Shown here: piece after piece, positions 28,740-38,861 of the stretch
How the letters are laid out: each line of letters starts with the position of its first letter
How positions within the stretch are numbered: position 1 is the stretch's first letter
Origin: Gemmatimonadales bacterium
Lineage (GTDB): Bacteria; Gemmatimonadota; Gemmatimonadetes; Gemmatimonadales; GWC2-71-9
DNA: 64,000 bases
Direction of reading: 5' to 3'
NCBI GenBank assembly: GCA_041577295.1
Contig: JBFGJG010000002.1
Location: 32,001 to 96,000 of the forward strand
Notes under the pieces: model-generated
What the model was told of the DNA's origin: nothing
The model's database searches: none
The model's input: the letters and a program-made list of their open reading frames with translations, nothing else
Made by a program: the position numbers and the translations under genes

Positions 28740-30331
28740 CCGATCGCGCGTGGGACGTGATCGTCATCGGGGCGACCCTCGAAGGACTCGCCGCAGCAGG
28801 ATACTTGGTCAAGGCAGGACTCCGCACGCTTGTGCTCGACGACGCCTCCGAGCCCGGTGGCGAGGCACGCACGATGGAAATCGCTCCAGGATTTCGCATC
28901 GACGCCGCATCGCACGATGACTTGATATCACCGTTTCTGGCGCGTGATCTCAACCTGTCACGACACGGCCTTGCGTTCGTCCGTCCCAATCCGGCAATGG
29001 CGGCGCTGTCTCACGATGCGCCCCCGCTGCTCATGTGGCGGGACCAGGATCGCGCGATCGAAGCCATCCGCCAGTTGTCAGCTCGCGATGCAGAGCGCTG
29101 GCCATCGTTTGCAGCGCAGATGCATCGGTTCAGCGTGTTCCTCGAGCACCTCTACCGAGCACCACCCCCACAACCCATCACCTCTTCCACCCGGGACATG
29201 CTAGCGCTCGCCCCACACGCATGGCGACTTCGCCGACTCGGCAAAGAAGACATGGTGACGTTGATGCGGGCCCTCCCCATGTCCGTGGCGGAGCTCCTCG
29301 ACGACTGGTTCGAATCGGACTTGCTCAAGGGAACGCTCGGGGCACTCGGTGTAAACCATTTCACCCAGGGTCCGCGCTCGGGAGGGACTGCATTTCTCTT
29401 ACTGCACCACATGGTCGGTGCCGAGCCGGGCCTTCCCCGACCACGTGGGTTACTTCGTGGCGGGCCCGCGGCTGCTGCACGTGCGCTCACGCAATCCGTC
29501 ACGGAAGCGGGTGGTTCTCTGCGGCACACGACCACGGTCAAAGCCATCCTCGCGGTGGATGATAGAGTCACCGGGGTAGCCACGGAATCTGGAGACACGA
29601 TTCATAGCCGGATTATCGTCTCGGCAGCTAGCCCTCAACACACCTTCCTCACCCTGGTGGACCCCGTACTGCTCGACCCGGAGTTCTTGGGAGCGGTGCG
29701 CACGATCCGAAGCCGTGGCGCCTGGGCAAAGGTGAATCTCGCCGTCGACGCATTACCCCAATTCACCGGACTGGGAAACGGAGGCGAGCATGGCTTTCGA
29801 GGCCTCATCTCGATCGGACCAAGTCTGGACTATCTCGAGCGTGCCTACGACGACGCCAAATACGGTCGGATGTCGCAGAGGCCACACCTCACGGTCACGA
29901 TTCCTTCGATCGCCGACCCCGGTCTCGCCCCTGCCGGAAAGCACGTAGTATCCATCACTATGCAGTATGCGCCGTATGACCTGCGTGGGGATTCGTGGGA
30001 GGATGCTGCCCGGGACCGGCTCGGGGATCATGTGCTTGGCACGCTGGCCGAGTTTGCGCCCGAGCTTCGAGACTCCGTGGTCGCCCGACAAGTTCTTACA
30101 CCCAAGGACCTCGAGAACGGATTCGGTTCTCCAGAGGGAAACCTCTACCATACCGAGATGGCGCTCGATCAAATTCTCTTCATGCGACCCGTCCCAGGTT
30201 GGGCAGATTACCGGACCCCCATCGGTGGCCTTTACCTCTGTGGACCCGCTACGCACCCCGGCGGTGGGCTGGTGGGCTATTCCGCACGCAACGTGGCGCG
30301 GACCATACTAAGGGACCTGAAGACCCGATGA
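28736..30331 (+). CDS. COG1233 FAD oxidoreductase, copy 2 (degenerate dinucleotide motif)
   Basis: Paralogous to the upstream gene (LERAYDDAKYG, QYAPY, THPGGG), but has GATLEG in place of GGGHNG. Confidence 0.82.
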   Translation: MTDRAWDVIVIGATLEGLAAAGYLVKAGLRTLVLDDASEPGGEARTMEIAPGFRIDAASHDDLISPFLARDLNLSRHGLAFVRPNPAMAALSHDAPPLLMWRDQDRAIEAIRQLSARDAERWPSFAAQMHRFSVFLEHLYRAPPPQPITSSTRDMLALAPHAWRLRRLGKEDMVTLMRALPMSVAELLDDWFESDLLKGTLGALGVNHFTQGPRSGGTAFLLLHHMVGAEPGLPRPRGLLRGGPAAAARALTQSVTEAGGSLRHTTTVKAILAVDDRVTGVATESGDTIHSRIIVSAASPQHTFLTLVDPVLLDPEFLGAVRTIRSRGAWAKVNLAVDALPQFTGLGNGGEHGFRGLISIGPSLDYLERAYDDAKYGRMSQRPHLTVTIPSIADPGLAPAGKHVVSITMQYAPYDLRGDSWEDAARDRLGDHVLGTLAEFAPELRDSVVARQVLTPKDLENGFGSPEGNLYHTEMALDQILFMRPVPGWADYRTPIGGLYLCGPATHPGGGLVGYSARNVARTILRDLKTR

Positions 30332-31470
30332 CGTTCGTCAAGACCGAACTCACCTACCGTGCCGGATCCATGACCCTTTCCGGCCATTTCTACACGTCCC
30401 ACAACGTGTTCGATATCGAACAACACCAAGTCTTCGCGCACCAGTGGCTGTATGCGGGCCGGGCGGCAGACCTCCAGGCACCTGGAGCGTATCGGCAGGT
30501 CGTAACCGGACGAGATAAGGTGCTGGTTGTCCGAGGGTCTGACGAAGCCGTCCGCGCGTTCCACAACGTGTGTCGACACCGAGGAACACTGCTCTGCCGC
30601 GAGGAGCGTGGCCAGCTGCCGTCGACGATTCAATGCCCGTATCACGCCTGGACGTATGGGCTGGACGGCAATCTCCTCAAGGCGCCGCATATGGAGGATG
30701 TCCCGGGGTTTGACAAGCAGGATTACCCCCTGCGACCGGTGGCACTTGAAAGATGGGCCGGCTTCCTCTTCGTTAATCTCGCGATAGAGCCGGATCCCCT
30801 CTCGGCATGGCTCGCGCCGGTGATCCGGCGGTTTTCCCATCGCTCTCTCGAGGCGTTGCACTCGTTCCGCCGGATCGAATATGACGTCGCAGCTAATTGG
30901 AAGTTGATCTTTCTCAACTTCTCCGAGTGCCTGCACTGTCCGATGATCCATCCGAAGCTCGTCAAGCTCACACCGTACCTGAGCGGCGAGAACGACCTGA
31001 GTGAGGGACCGGTGCTCGGCGGGTTCATGCTGCTCCGTGATGAGGTGGCGAGCATGACGATGAGCGGGAAAATGTGTGGTGCGCTCGTTGGAGCGTTGAG
31101 TGAAGCCGATCAGCGTCGGGTGTACTACTATTCCATCTTCCCAAACATGCTACTCAGTGTTCACCCCGACTACGTCATGGTGCACACATTGAAGCCGCAG
31201 GCGCCTGACCGGACCAGCGTTTCGTGCGAGTGGCTCTTCCATCCGGACTCCAAGCAACTGCCGGCATTCAATCCTGACGACGCTGTGGAATTCTGGGATA
31301 TGACTAACCGGCAGGACTGGGACATATGTCAGCGAAGCCAGGCCGGAATCGCTTCCAGTGGTTACGTGCCCGGTCCGTTCGCCCCCAGAGAGAGTTTGCT
31401 CGCTGCTTGGGACCGCGAGTACCTCCGTCGCTTGGGTGGTCACCTCGAATCATCCCGGAGTCTGCCGTAG
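30328..31470 (+). CDS. Rieske non-heme iron oxygenase alpha subunit (GbcA/choline monooxygenase-like)
   Basis: CRHRG...CPYHAW Rieske site, ANWK..FSECLHCPMIH iron site and QDW.IC. ATGA overlap. Confidence 0.88.
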   Translation: MTFVKTELTYRAGSMTLSGHFYTSHNVFDIEQHQVFAHQWLYAGRAADLQAPGAYRQVVTGRDKVLVVRGSDEAVRAFHNVCRHRGTLLCREERGQLPSTIQCPYHAWTYGLDGNLLKAPHMEDVPGFDKQDYPLRPVALERWAGFLFVNLAIEPDPLSAWLAPVIRRFSHRSLEALHSFRRIEYDVAANWKLIFLNFSECLHCPMIHPKLVKLTPYLSGENDLSEGPVLGGFMLLRDEVASMTMSGKMCGALVGALSEADQRRVYYYSIFPNMLLSVHPDYVMVHTLKPQAPDRTSVSCEWLFHPDSKQLPAFNPDDAVEFWDMTNRQDWDICQRSQAGIASSGYVPGPFAPRESLLAAWDREYLRRLGGHLESSRSLP

Positions 31471-32678
31471 GTTCGGAGAACCTGCTTCAGCCGGTCGTGT
31501 GGCAGCGCCCATACCCGGTAGTCATCCACCCCCGTCATCGTTTCAGCTGCGAGCATCGCATTGAGAATGGCCTCCTCGGTCGCTTCGACCGTGGCCTCGA
31601 GGAACGGATTGATCCGTTCGTTCGCCAGCATTTCGACGGCAGCGACGCCCGGAGTACTAAGCGCACCGCGGTTTGCGGTAGAGAAGGCGATGAAGATATC
31701 GCCTGAGGAGTTTCCGCCAATTCCACCGACGCGTGCGATGCCGAGCGCAACGCGCTTGGCCATGCGCTCGAGTTGGTGTGGCAGCAGCGGTGCATCCGTC
31801 GCAACGACCACGATGATCGAGCCCCGCTCTTGATCTCGTGAGGGCATCGGGACCGACATGTCACAACCCGGTTCGTCGCGTAGCCAACGTTGGGTTGGTG
31901 TCTCGCTCCCGGCGATACACGGGCGGAGGTCCGTGATCACCTGCCCCACGGGTGCACCCGCCACCGTCAATTGACGGCGAAGTCCGTAGTTGCACTGCAC
32001 GAGAACGCCAACCGTATAGCCGCCTCCGTCTGCCAGCACACGGGACGCTGTGCCAATTCCGCCCTTGAACTCGTGGCAGATCATGCCCGTCCCACCGCCT
32101 ACGTTTCCCTCTACCACTGGCCCTGATCGCGCGCTGTCCATCGCCACAAAAGCGTGTTCACGGGTGACGTGGAAACCGTTGATGTCATTCAGATCGCCGT
32201 CCCACGTCTCGGCGACCACCGGCAGCGCCCAGAGGAACCCGGGTCGATTGTTGACCATCCACTCGATGACGGCATCGCGTACCACCCCGACGCTATGTGT
32301 GTTAGTGATCAAGACGGGGCCTTCGAGAATCCCCGACTCCCGCACCCAAGTGGTTCCGGTCATCTCACCGTTTCCGTTGAGCGTGAACCACGCGGCGAAG
32401 GAGGTATCGCTGCCCGTGCGCCCACGCGGGAAAATGGCTGTCACACCGGTTCGCACGGGTCCATGCCCAACGACGAGCCGTCCACTCCCCCGAATGATGG
32501 TTGCGTGACCTACCTCCACACCGGTCACGTCGGTGATGCCATTGTTGGGCCCGGGCACACCCAGTAACGGGATCCCCAAGTTTCGCGCGCGTGCGGGTTG
32601 CTGGCCGTCTGCGCGCTCACAAAAAGCGAGCGCCAGCCCAAGAAACAGCACAATGAGAACCCCGCTACGAGTGGTCAT
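31440..32678 (-). CDS. P1/S58 family peptidase (DmpA/BapA-like aminopeptidase), secreted
   Basis: ITDVTGVEVGH, RTGVT, NGNGE.TG, VVAETWD, EGNVGGGTGM, GSIIVVVATDAP and SGDIF.AFST. Signal peptide present. Confidence 0.9.
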   Translation of the reverse strand: MTTRSGVLIVLFLGLALAFCERADGQQPARARNLGIPLLGVPGPNNGITDVTGVEVGHATIIRGSGRLVVGHGPVRTGVTAIFPRGRTGSDTSFAAWFTLNGNGEMTGTTWVRESGILEGPVLITNTHSVGVVRDAVIEWMVNNRPGFLWALPVVAETWDGDLNDINGFHVTREHAFVAMDSARSGPVVEGNVGGGTGMICHEFKGGIGTASRVLADGGGYTVGVLVQCNYGLRRQLTVAGAPVGQVITDLRPCIAGSETPTQRWLRDEPGCDMSVPMPSRDQERGSIIVVVATDAPLLPHQLERMAKRVALGIARVGGIGGNSSGDIFIAFSTANRGALSTPGVAAVEMLANERINPFLEATVEATEEAILNAMLAAETMTGVDDYRVWALPHDRLKQVLRTYGRLRDDSR

Positions 32679-32896
32679 TGAGGCGTCTCCTACAACGAGA
32701 AGGTGATCGTCGATACCGCTGCGACTCAATTTTCGCCCGCGAACGCCCCCTCCCGCCTCTTCCGCTAATCCCATGAACGGCACACACCCACTGGCGAACG
32801 ATTCGAAGGACGAGCACATTTCCCCAGTTTTGGGGTCCGGCTCCTCTTCGCCGGTTCCAATTCTAGCCTTCATCATGAGCCGCGTACATATCCAAG

Positions 32897-34273
32897 GTGA
32901 CCACTCATCGATATCCCGAGACAGCGGTCTTTTACCGTCGTCTCACCGGCGACTTTCCGATCGTATCACACGGGGAAGGATGCTATGTGTACGACGGCGA
33001 TGGGAATCGGTACTTGGACGCTTGTGGTGGCGCATTCGTGGCCAACCTCGGCCATGGAGTGCGTGAAGTCGCGGATGCAATGGCGGACCAGGCCCGCAAG
33101 ATTGCGTATGTCAACGCAACCGCGTTCACCAATCGCCCTGCCGAGGAGCTGGCCGCCGCCATAGCAGCACGGTGTCCGGGTGACCTCGACAAAGTGTACT
33201 TCCTCAGTAGTGGCTCCGAAGCGGTTGAGGCAGCTCTCAAGTTGGCGCGCCAGTACTGGAGCGAGCGCGGGAAAACCAGCAAGCGAACCGTCGTCGCACT
33301 TCGTCCATCGTATCACGGTAACACTCTCCTTGCACTGTCCGCGTCTGCGCGGGAACACTACAAATCATACTTTCACGACTGGATGATTGAGGTGGTACGC
33401 TCGCCGGCGCCCATGCCGTATCGCTGTCAGTGCAACGGCCGGGCGCCGTTGTGCCCAACGTGCAGCGGAGCAGGTGTGGAGGAGGCGGTTCATTCTGCAG
33501 GAGTGGAAAGCGTGGCAGCCGTCATCCTGGAGCCTATCGGCGGCTCCTCGACGGGCGTCTCCGTGCCACCCAATGACTTTCATCGACATGTGCGAGAGGT
33601 CTGCGACCGTCATGACATCTTGTATATCGCGGACGAAGTGCTGACCGGTGTGGGTCGTACCGGAGCTTGGACTGCCGTGCAGCACTACGAGGTCACCCCC
33701 GACATTTTGATTCTGGGGAAGGGTCTCACCGGTGGCTATGCACCCCTTTCCGCCGTGGTGGCACCGACTCGTATTCTGGACGTCTTGGCCGCTGGGTCGG
33801 GCAGCTTACTGCACGCACAAACCTATTCTCATCACCCAATCGCCTGTGCTGCGGGTTTGGCAGCAATTCATTATCTCCAAGCACACGGACTGCTCCACCG
33901 TTGTGCTGATCTCGGTATCACCTTTCACGAGCGTCTCAGCGCCCTAGGTGAGCTACCTCATGTGGGTGATGTCCGTGGCCGCGGTTTGCTTGCCGGTATC
34001 GAGTTCGTCCGCGACAGGCAAACCAAAGCGCCAATTCCTCGGGAAGCCAGATTTGCCGAGACCTTCGTGGAAGCCGCACGGAGCGCGGGACTTATCGTAT
34101 GGGCGAACGTTGGTCATGTGGACGGTGTGAACGGGGACCTGGTGTGTCTCGCTCCCCCTTTCGTGGTAACAACCGAGCAGATAGACGAGATCGTACACCG
34201 CTTCGAAGCGGCACTCACCAAAGCGGTACAGAGGGTCTTCGGTCTTCGTATGGTGAAGTCGTCAGAGCGTTAA
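32897..34273 (+). CDS. Class III PLP aminotransferase
   Basis: YLDACGG, SGSEAVE, SYHG.T, DEVLTG.GRTG and GKGL.GGY.PLS. Confidence 0.9.
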   Translation: MTTHRYPETAVFYRRLTGDFPIVSHGEGCYVYDGDGNRYLDACGGAFVANLGHGVREVADAMADQARKIAYVNATAFTNRPAEELAAAIAARCPGDLDKVYFLSSGSEAVEAALKLARQYWSERGKTSKRTVVALRPSYHGNTLLALSASAREHYKSYFHDWMIEVVRSPAPMPYRCQCNGRAPLCPTCSGAGVEEAVHSAGVESVAAVILEPIGGSSTGVSVPPNDFHRHVREVCDRHDILYIADEVLTGVGRTGAWTAVQHYEVTPDILILGKGLTGGYAPLSAVVAPTRILDVLAAGSGSLLHAQTYSHHPIACAAGLAAIHYLQAHGLLHRCADLGITFHERLSALGELPHVGDVRGRGLLAGIEFVRDRQTKAPIPREARFAETFVEAARSAGLIVWANVGHVDGVNGDLVCLAPPFVVTTEQIDEIVHRFEAALTKAVQRVFGLRMVKSSER

Positions 34274-34297
34274 CCGAACTGGCGGGGAGATCCGCAT

Positions 34298-35878
34298 ATG
34301 AATTCGGCACCAAAGATCACGTATACCTCAGCGGACGTCGATTTCACCGCGTTTCACGAGCAATTCGACAACGCGCTCGCGAAGATCCGTCAGCAGTCTG
34401 GGAAGGAGCACAGGCTGTACATAGACGGGCGAGCCGTTCCGGGATCCCACGCTCCGATTGTCGACGTCAGCCCAATCGATAGCGGTTTCGTCCTTGGCCA
34501 CTTCGCCGCTGCGGGCGCCGCCGAAGTTGATCGAGCAGTGTCCGCCGCACGCGTGGGAGCCCGGCAGTGGCGACGGATGTCCTGGACCAATCGTGTCGAA
34601 ATACTTCGGCGCGCCGCTGAGTTGATCCGCAAGCACAAGTTTGAGCTTGCCGCGCTCATGAGCCTGGAGGTGGGCAAGAGTCGGTTGGAATCGATGGGCG
34701 ACGCCGAAGAGTCGGCAGATCTGATTGATTACTACTGCTCGCAAATGGAAGATGCCAATGGGTTCGTTCGCACCATGGCGAAGATCACTCCAATCGAGCG
34801 AAATACCGATGTGCTGCGACCATATGGCGTGTTTGTGTGCATTTCGCCATTCAACTTTCCGTTGGCGCTATCGGCTGGGATGTCGTCAGCTGCATTGGTA
34901 GCGGGTAACGCCGTGGTCTTCAAACCGGCAGAGGACACACCCTGGACCGGGCTTCGACTCTATGAGATCTATCGTGACGCGGGAGTTCCAGCGGATGTGT
35001 TTGGCTATCTCAGTGGACGGGGGCCAGAGATGGGCGACGCGCTGTGGCAGCACCGAAGGGTGGATGGCGTCGTTTTCACGGGATCGAAGAAGGTTGGTTT
35101 GCGGATCTACCAGGGTCTCAGCAAATCTTGGGTCAAGCCATGCCTGCTGGAGATGGGTGGCAAGAACGCAACGATCGTTTTGGAGAGCGGAGATCTCGAA
35201 GCAGCCGCGATGGGGGTCACACGTTCCGCATACGGACTCCAAAATCAAAAGTGCAGCGCTACCTCCCGTGTCTACGTCCAGCGTTCCGTGACTCGGCCGT
35301 TTCTCGACCATCTGTTGCGGCTCGTAAAGTCGCTCAAGATTGGAGATCCAACCCAACGCGACGTGTTCTTTGGCCCCGTGATCAACGAACGCGCTGTAGA
35401 GCGCTTTGAGCACGCGGTGTCGCAGGCCCGACGCGAAGGACAGATTCTATTGGGTGGCCATCGCATCACCGACACGCCATTCGACAAGGGGTACTTCCTC
35501 GCTCCTACTGTGGCGTCGCTTCCACTCTCCAGCTCCCTGTTCCGGGATGAGTTGTTCGTCCCTTTATTGGCGATCGGTGAGGTCGAGTCACTGGATGAGG
35601 CAATTGCTGAGACAAACAAAGCCGAATACGGTCTCACCGCTGGAATCTTCTCGCGCAATCAAGCGGAACTCGATCGCTTCTTCGACGAAATCGAAGCCGG
35701 TGTTTGCTATGCAAACAAACGAACCGGCTCGACCACTGGAGCTTGGCCTGGAGCGCAGCCGTTTTGTGGATGGAAAGGCTCTGGCTCTACCGGCAAGGGT
35801 GGGTGTGGACCCTATTATGTCGCACAGTTCATGAGAGAGCAGTGTCGAACGGTGATTACCGAAGGCGCCAATGCCTGA
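34298..35878 (+). CDS. Aldehyde dehydrogenase (P5C-dehydrogenase-like)
   Basis: ISPFNFP, FTGS, LEMGGKN, QKCSA and YGLTAG. Confidence 0.9.
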   Translation: MNSAPKITYTSADVDFTAFHEQFDNALAKIRQQSGKEHRLYIDGRAVPGSHAPIVDVSPIDSGFVLGHFAAAGAAEVDRAVSAARVGARQWRRMSWTNRVEILRRAAELIRKHKFELAALMSLEVGKSRLESMGDAEESADLIDYYCSQMEDANGFVRTMAKITPIERNTDVLRPYGVFVCISPFNFPLALSAGMSSAALVAGNAVVFKPAEDTPWTGLRLYEIYRDAGVPADVFGYLSGRGPEMGDALWQHRRVDGVVFTGSKKVGLRIYQGLSKSWVKPCLLEMGGKNATIVLESGDLEAAAMGVTRSAYGLQNQKCSATSRVYVQRSVTRPFLDHLLRLVKSLKIGDPTQRDVFFGPVINERAVERFEHAVSQARREGQILLGGHRITDTPFDKGYFLAPTVASLPLSSSLFRDELFVPLLAIGEVESLDEAIAETNKAEYGLTAGIFSRNQAELDRFFDEIEAGVCYANKRTGSTTGAWPGAQPFCGWKGSGSTGKGGCGPYYVAQFMREQCRTVITEGANA

Positions 35879-37196
35879 CTACCCGAGGATCAATGTGCCA
35901 CCGCCGGGGCCTCGTGCCCGGGAAATCGTTGCCCGCGACCGAGCATGGACATCGACTTGCTACCTCAAGGAGTATCCGCTGGTCGTGGCCGGTGGGCGTG
36001 GCGCCATGGTTGAAGACGTCGACGGGAACCGTTTTTTGGACTTCATGGCGGGTATTGCAGTAGTGTCGACGGGATACGGACACCCCACCGTGGTACAGGC
36101 CGTCAAGGATGCCGCCGAGAAGTTTCTCCACATTTGTGGGTCCGATTTTTACTACGAAGGCATGGCCGCGCTGGCCGAGCGACTCGCCAGCCTAGCACCC
36201 GGCAAGAGCAAGAAGCGCGTCTTTCTCACCAACTCCGGCACCGAAGCCGTGGAAGGCGCGATCAAGCTCGCGAGAAATGCCACGAGACGCCCAGCGTTGC
36301 TGGCTTTCAAAGGTGCCTTTCACGGCCGAACCTACGGAGGGATGAGTCTCACTTCGAGCAAGGTCACACAACGGGCCGGGTTTGGTCCGTTCCTCCCGGG
36401 GGTGCACCACGTTCCATACGCCTACTGCTACCGCTGCGCCTATGCCAAGACTTATCCGGACTGCAACATGTTTTGTGTATCGGCCATCGAAGACGATCTC
36501 TTCGCACAGCAGGTCGATCCGCGGGACGTGGCGGCCCTCTTCGTGGAGCCGGTCCTCGGAGAGGGTGGCTACGTCGTCCCTCCGTCTGAATACCTCCAAA
36601 GCCTCCGGACGCTGTGCGATCGCTATGGAATCCTGTTGGTGTGCGATGAGGTGCAATGCGGGATTGGACGAACCGGCCGCATGTTTGCATCCGAGTACGC
36701 CGGGATCGAGCCTGATATCCTACTCTCAGCCAAGGGTCTGGGTTCGGGCATGCCGATCGGCGCCATTATCGCGAAAGAGAGTGTCACCAAATGGGACCGC
36801 GGGGCCCACGGGTCGACATTCGGCGGCAACCCGGTGAGCTGCGCCGCAGCGTTGGCGACCCTGGAGATCGTAGAGAAAGAGTTACTTCAAAACGTGCGCG
36901 AAATGGGAGAGCGGTTGCTCGCCGGCGCGAAGAGACTCGCCACCGTTTCCGGGCGAGTCGGCGACGTGCGGGGACTCGGTCTGATGATCGGAATCGAACT
37001 GGTGAAAGACCGCAGGACGCGTGAACCCGATGAAGCGGTGGCCCGGTCGATTGTCCAGGCTGCGTTTCACAAAGGGCTCCTGCTCCTGGCCGCCGGTCGC
37101 AGCACCATTCGCTTGGCTCCCCCGCTCGTCGTCAATGCCTACGACGTCGATACCGGACTCAAGATTCTCGAGGAGTGTCTTCTCGAAGCGTCATGA
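35871..37196 (+). CDS. Class III aminotransferase (4-aminobutyrate/acetylornithine aminotransferase-like)
   Basis: FLDFMAGIAV, NSGTEAVE, FHGRT, DEVQ.G.GRTG, AKGLGSG and STFGGNP. Confidence 0.9.
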   Translation: MPDYPRINVPPPGPRAREIVARDRAWTSTCYLKEYPLVVAGGRGAMVEDVDGNRFLDFMAGIAVVSTGYGHPTVVQAVKDAAEKFLHICGSDFYYEGMAALAERLASLAPGKSKKRVFLTNSGTEAVEGAIKLARNATRRPALLAFKGAFHGRTYGGMSLTSSKVTQRAGFGPFLPGVHHVPYAYCYRCAYAKTYPDCNMFCVSAIEDDLFAQQVDPRDVAALFVEPVLGEGGYVVPPSEYLQSLRTLCDRYGILLVCDEVQCGIGRTGRMFASEYAGIEPDILLSAKGLGSGMPIGAIIAKESVTKWDRGAHGSTFGGNPVSCAAALATLEIVEKELLQNVREMGERLLAGAKRLATVSGRVGDVRGLGLMIGIELVKDRRTREPDEAVARSIVQAAFHKGLLLLAAGRSTIRLAPPLVVNAYDVDTGLKILEECLLEAS

Positions 37197-38098
37197 GCAA
37201 GGTCCTCCCGATGCGCGATGCGATCGCGACGTACGTCAACGACGGCGATACTGTCATGATCGAAGGGTTCACACATCTCATCTGCTTTGCGGCGGGACAC
37301 GAGATCATCCGTCAGGGTCGCAAAGATCTCACGCTCTGCCGACTTACCCCGGACGTCGTTTACGACCAGATGATCGCCGCCGGGTGCGCCCGGAAGCTCA
37401 TCTTCTCATGGGCAGGTAACCCCGGTGCCGGATCACTCCATGCGTTTCGCCGCGCCGTGGAGCGCGTGCAGGGTGAACGACTCGAGATTGACGAGTACTC
37501 CCACTTCGGGATGGTGGTACGTATCGCAGCCGGCGCCGCGCATGTCCCGTTCGGTATCCTGCGCAATTACATGGGAACCGATCTGCCAAACGTCAGTTCG
37601 AACATCCGACGTATCACCTGTCCATTCACGGGTGAACAGCTCGCGGCGGTCCCTGCGCTCGAGCCCGACGTGACCATCGTGCACGCGCAACGCGCGGACG
37701 CCAAAGGCAACACACAGATTTGGGGGCTAACCGGGGTTCAGAAGGAAGCAGCGTTTGCCGCCAAACGGGTTATTGTGGTCGTAGAGCAAGTCGTGGATGA
37801 AGTCATCATCCGGTCCGATCCCAACCGCACGATCATCCCCGGGATGATCGTTGATGCCGTAGTAGCAGAACCGTGGGGCGCGCACCCCTCGTACGTGCAG
37901 GGCTACTACGATCGAGACAACGATTTCTACCTCGCATGGGAGGGGATCTCCCGTGATCCTGGACGGCTGCAGGCGTATCTGGACGAGTGGGTCTTCGGAG
38001 TCCCCGACCGAAAAACCTACATGGCACGGCAACCTGATCTCACCGATCGCCTCCGGTCCACGTCGGCAGTCTGTGAAGGTGTGAATTATGGGTACTGA
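37193..38098 (+). CDS. CoA-transferase alpha subunit (glutaconate/3-oxoadipate type)
   Basis: EGFTHLI.FAAGHEIIRQ, HAQRAD..GN and PWGAHPS. Confidence 0.88.
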   Translation: MSKVLPMRDAIATYVNDGDTVMIEGFTHLICFAAGHEIIRQGRKDLTLCRLTPDVVYDQMIAAGCARKLIFSWAGNPGAGSLHAFRRAVERVQGERLEIDEYSHFGMVVRIAAGAAHVPFGILRNYMGTDLPNVSSNIRRITCPFTGEQLAAVPALEPDVTIVHAQRADAKGNTQIWGLTGVQKEAAFAAKRVIVVVEQVVDEVIIRSDPNRTIIPGMIVDAVVAEPWGAHPSYVQGYYDRDNDFYLAWEGISRDPGRLQAYLDEWVFGVPDRKTYMARQPDLTDRLRSTSAVCEGVNYGY

Positions 38099-38861
38099 CG
38101 GCTACACGCCGAGTGAGCTGATGACGGTGATGGCTGCGCGGGAGCTGCGCGACGGGGAGGTAGTTTTTGTCGGCATCGGGCTGCCCAATCTCGCGTGCAA
38201 CCTCGCCCGGGCTACCCACGCGCCAGGGCTTACACTCATCTACGAATCAGGGGCCGTCGGTGCAACCCCTTCCCGTTTGCCCGTTTCGATTGGTGATCCG
38301 TGTCTGGTAACGGGAGCATTGATGGTCGTGAGCATCGCCGATGTCTTTCAGTACTTTCTACAGAACGGGCTCATCGAGGTGGGCTTTCTGGGGGGTGCGC
38401 AGATCGATCAGTACGGTAACATCAACACCACCACGATCGGCTCGTACAGCCACCCGACGGTGCGTCTCCCAGGAAGCGGGGGCGCCGCTGAGATCGCGAC
38501 GCATGCCCACCGTACGCTAGTGATGAGCCGCCTCAGCAAGCGTGCCTTTCCGGCGACCGTAGATTTCCACACGAGCCCCGGACACCGCTACCAGGGTCGC
38601 TCCCGTGCCGAGCTCGGCATGCCTGGTGCCGGACCGGTCAAGGTGATTACGGACAAGGCCCTACTCGCCGCCAACACGACAACGGGCGAGCTCGAGCTGG
38701 ACGCTGTCTATCCCAACGTGAAACCGGATGAGGTGCAACAGCAGGTTGGTTGGGAGCTCGAAGTAAGGAATCCACTCAACCAGACTGAGCCCCCCACTTC
38801 CGACGAGCTCCGTATCCTGCGAGACATCTTGGACCCGAACAAGATCTATCTCGAGGCGTGA
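38088..38861 (+). CDS. CoA-transferase beta subunit
   Basis: FVGIGLP, YESG (catalytic Glu), GGAQID.YGNINTT and RLPGSGGA. Confidence 0.88.
   Translation: MGTDGYTPSELMTVMAARELRDGEVVFVGIGLPNLACNLARATHAPGLTLIYESGAVGATPSRLPVSIGDPCLVTGALMVVSIADVFQYFLQNGLIEVGFLGGAQIDQYGNINTTTIGSYSHPTVRLPGSGGAAEIATHAHRTLVMSRLSKRAFPATVDFHTSPGHRYQGRSRAELGMPGAGPVKVITDKALLAANTTTGELELDAVYPNVKPDEVQQQVGWELEVRNPLNQTEPPTSDELRILRDILDPNKIYLEA

Noticed and set aside
27156..30331. Carotenoid cluster (crtI) linked to the synthase at 16622
   Set aside because: The motifs fit the PYROXD2-like COG1233 branch, the genes are 10 kb from the synthase, and their neighbours are amine-metabolism genes.
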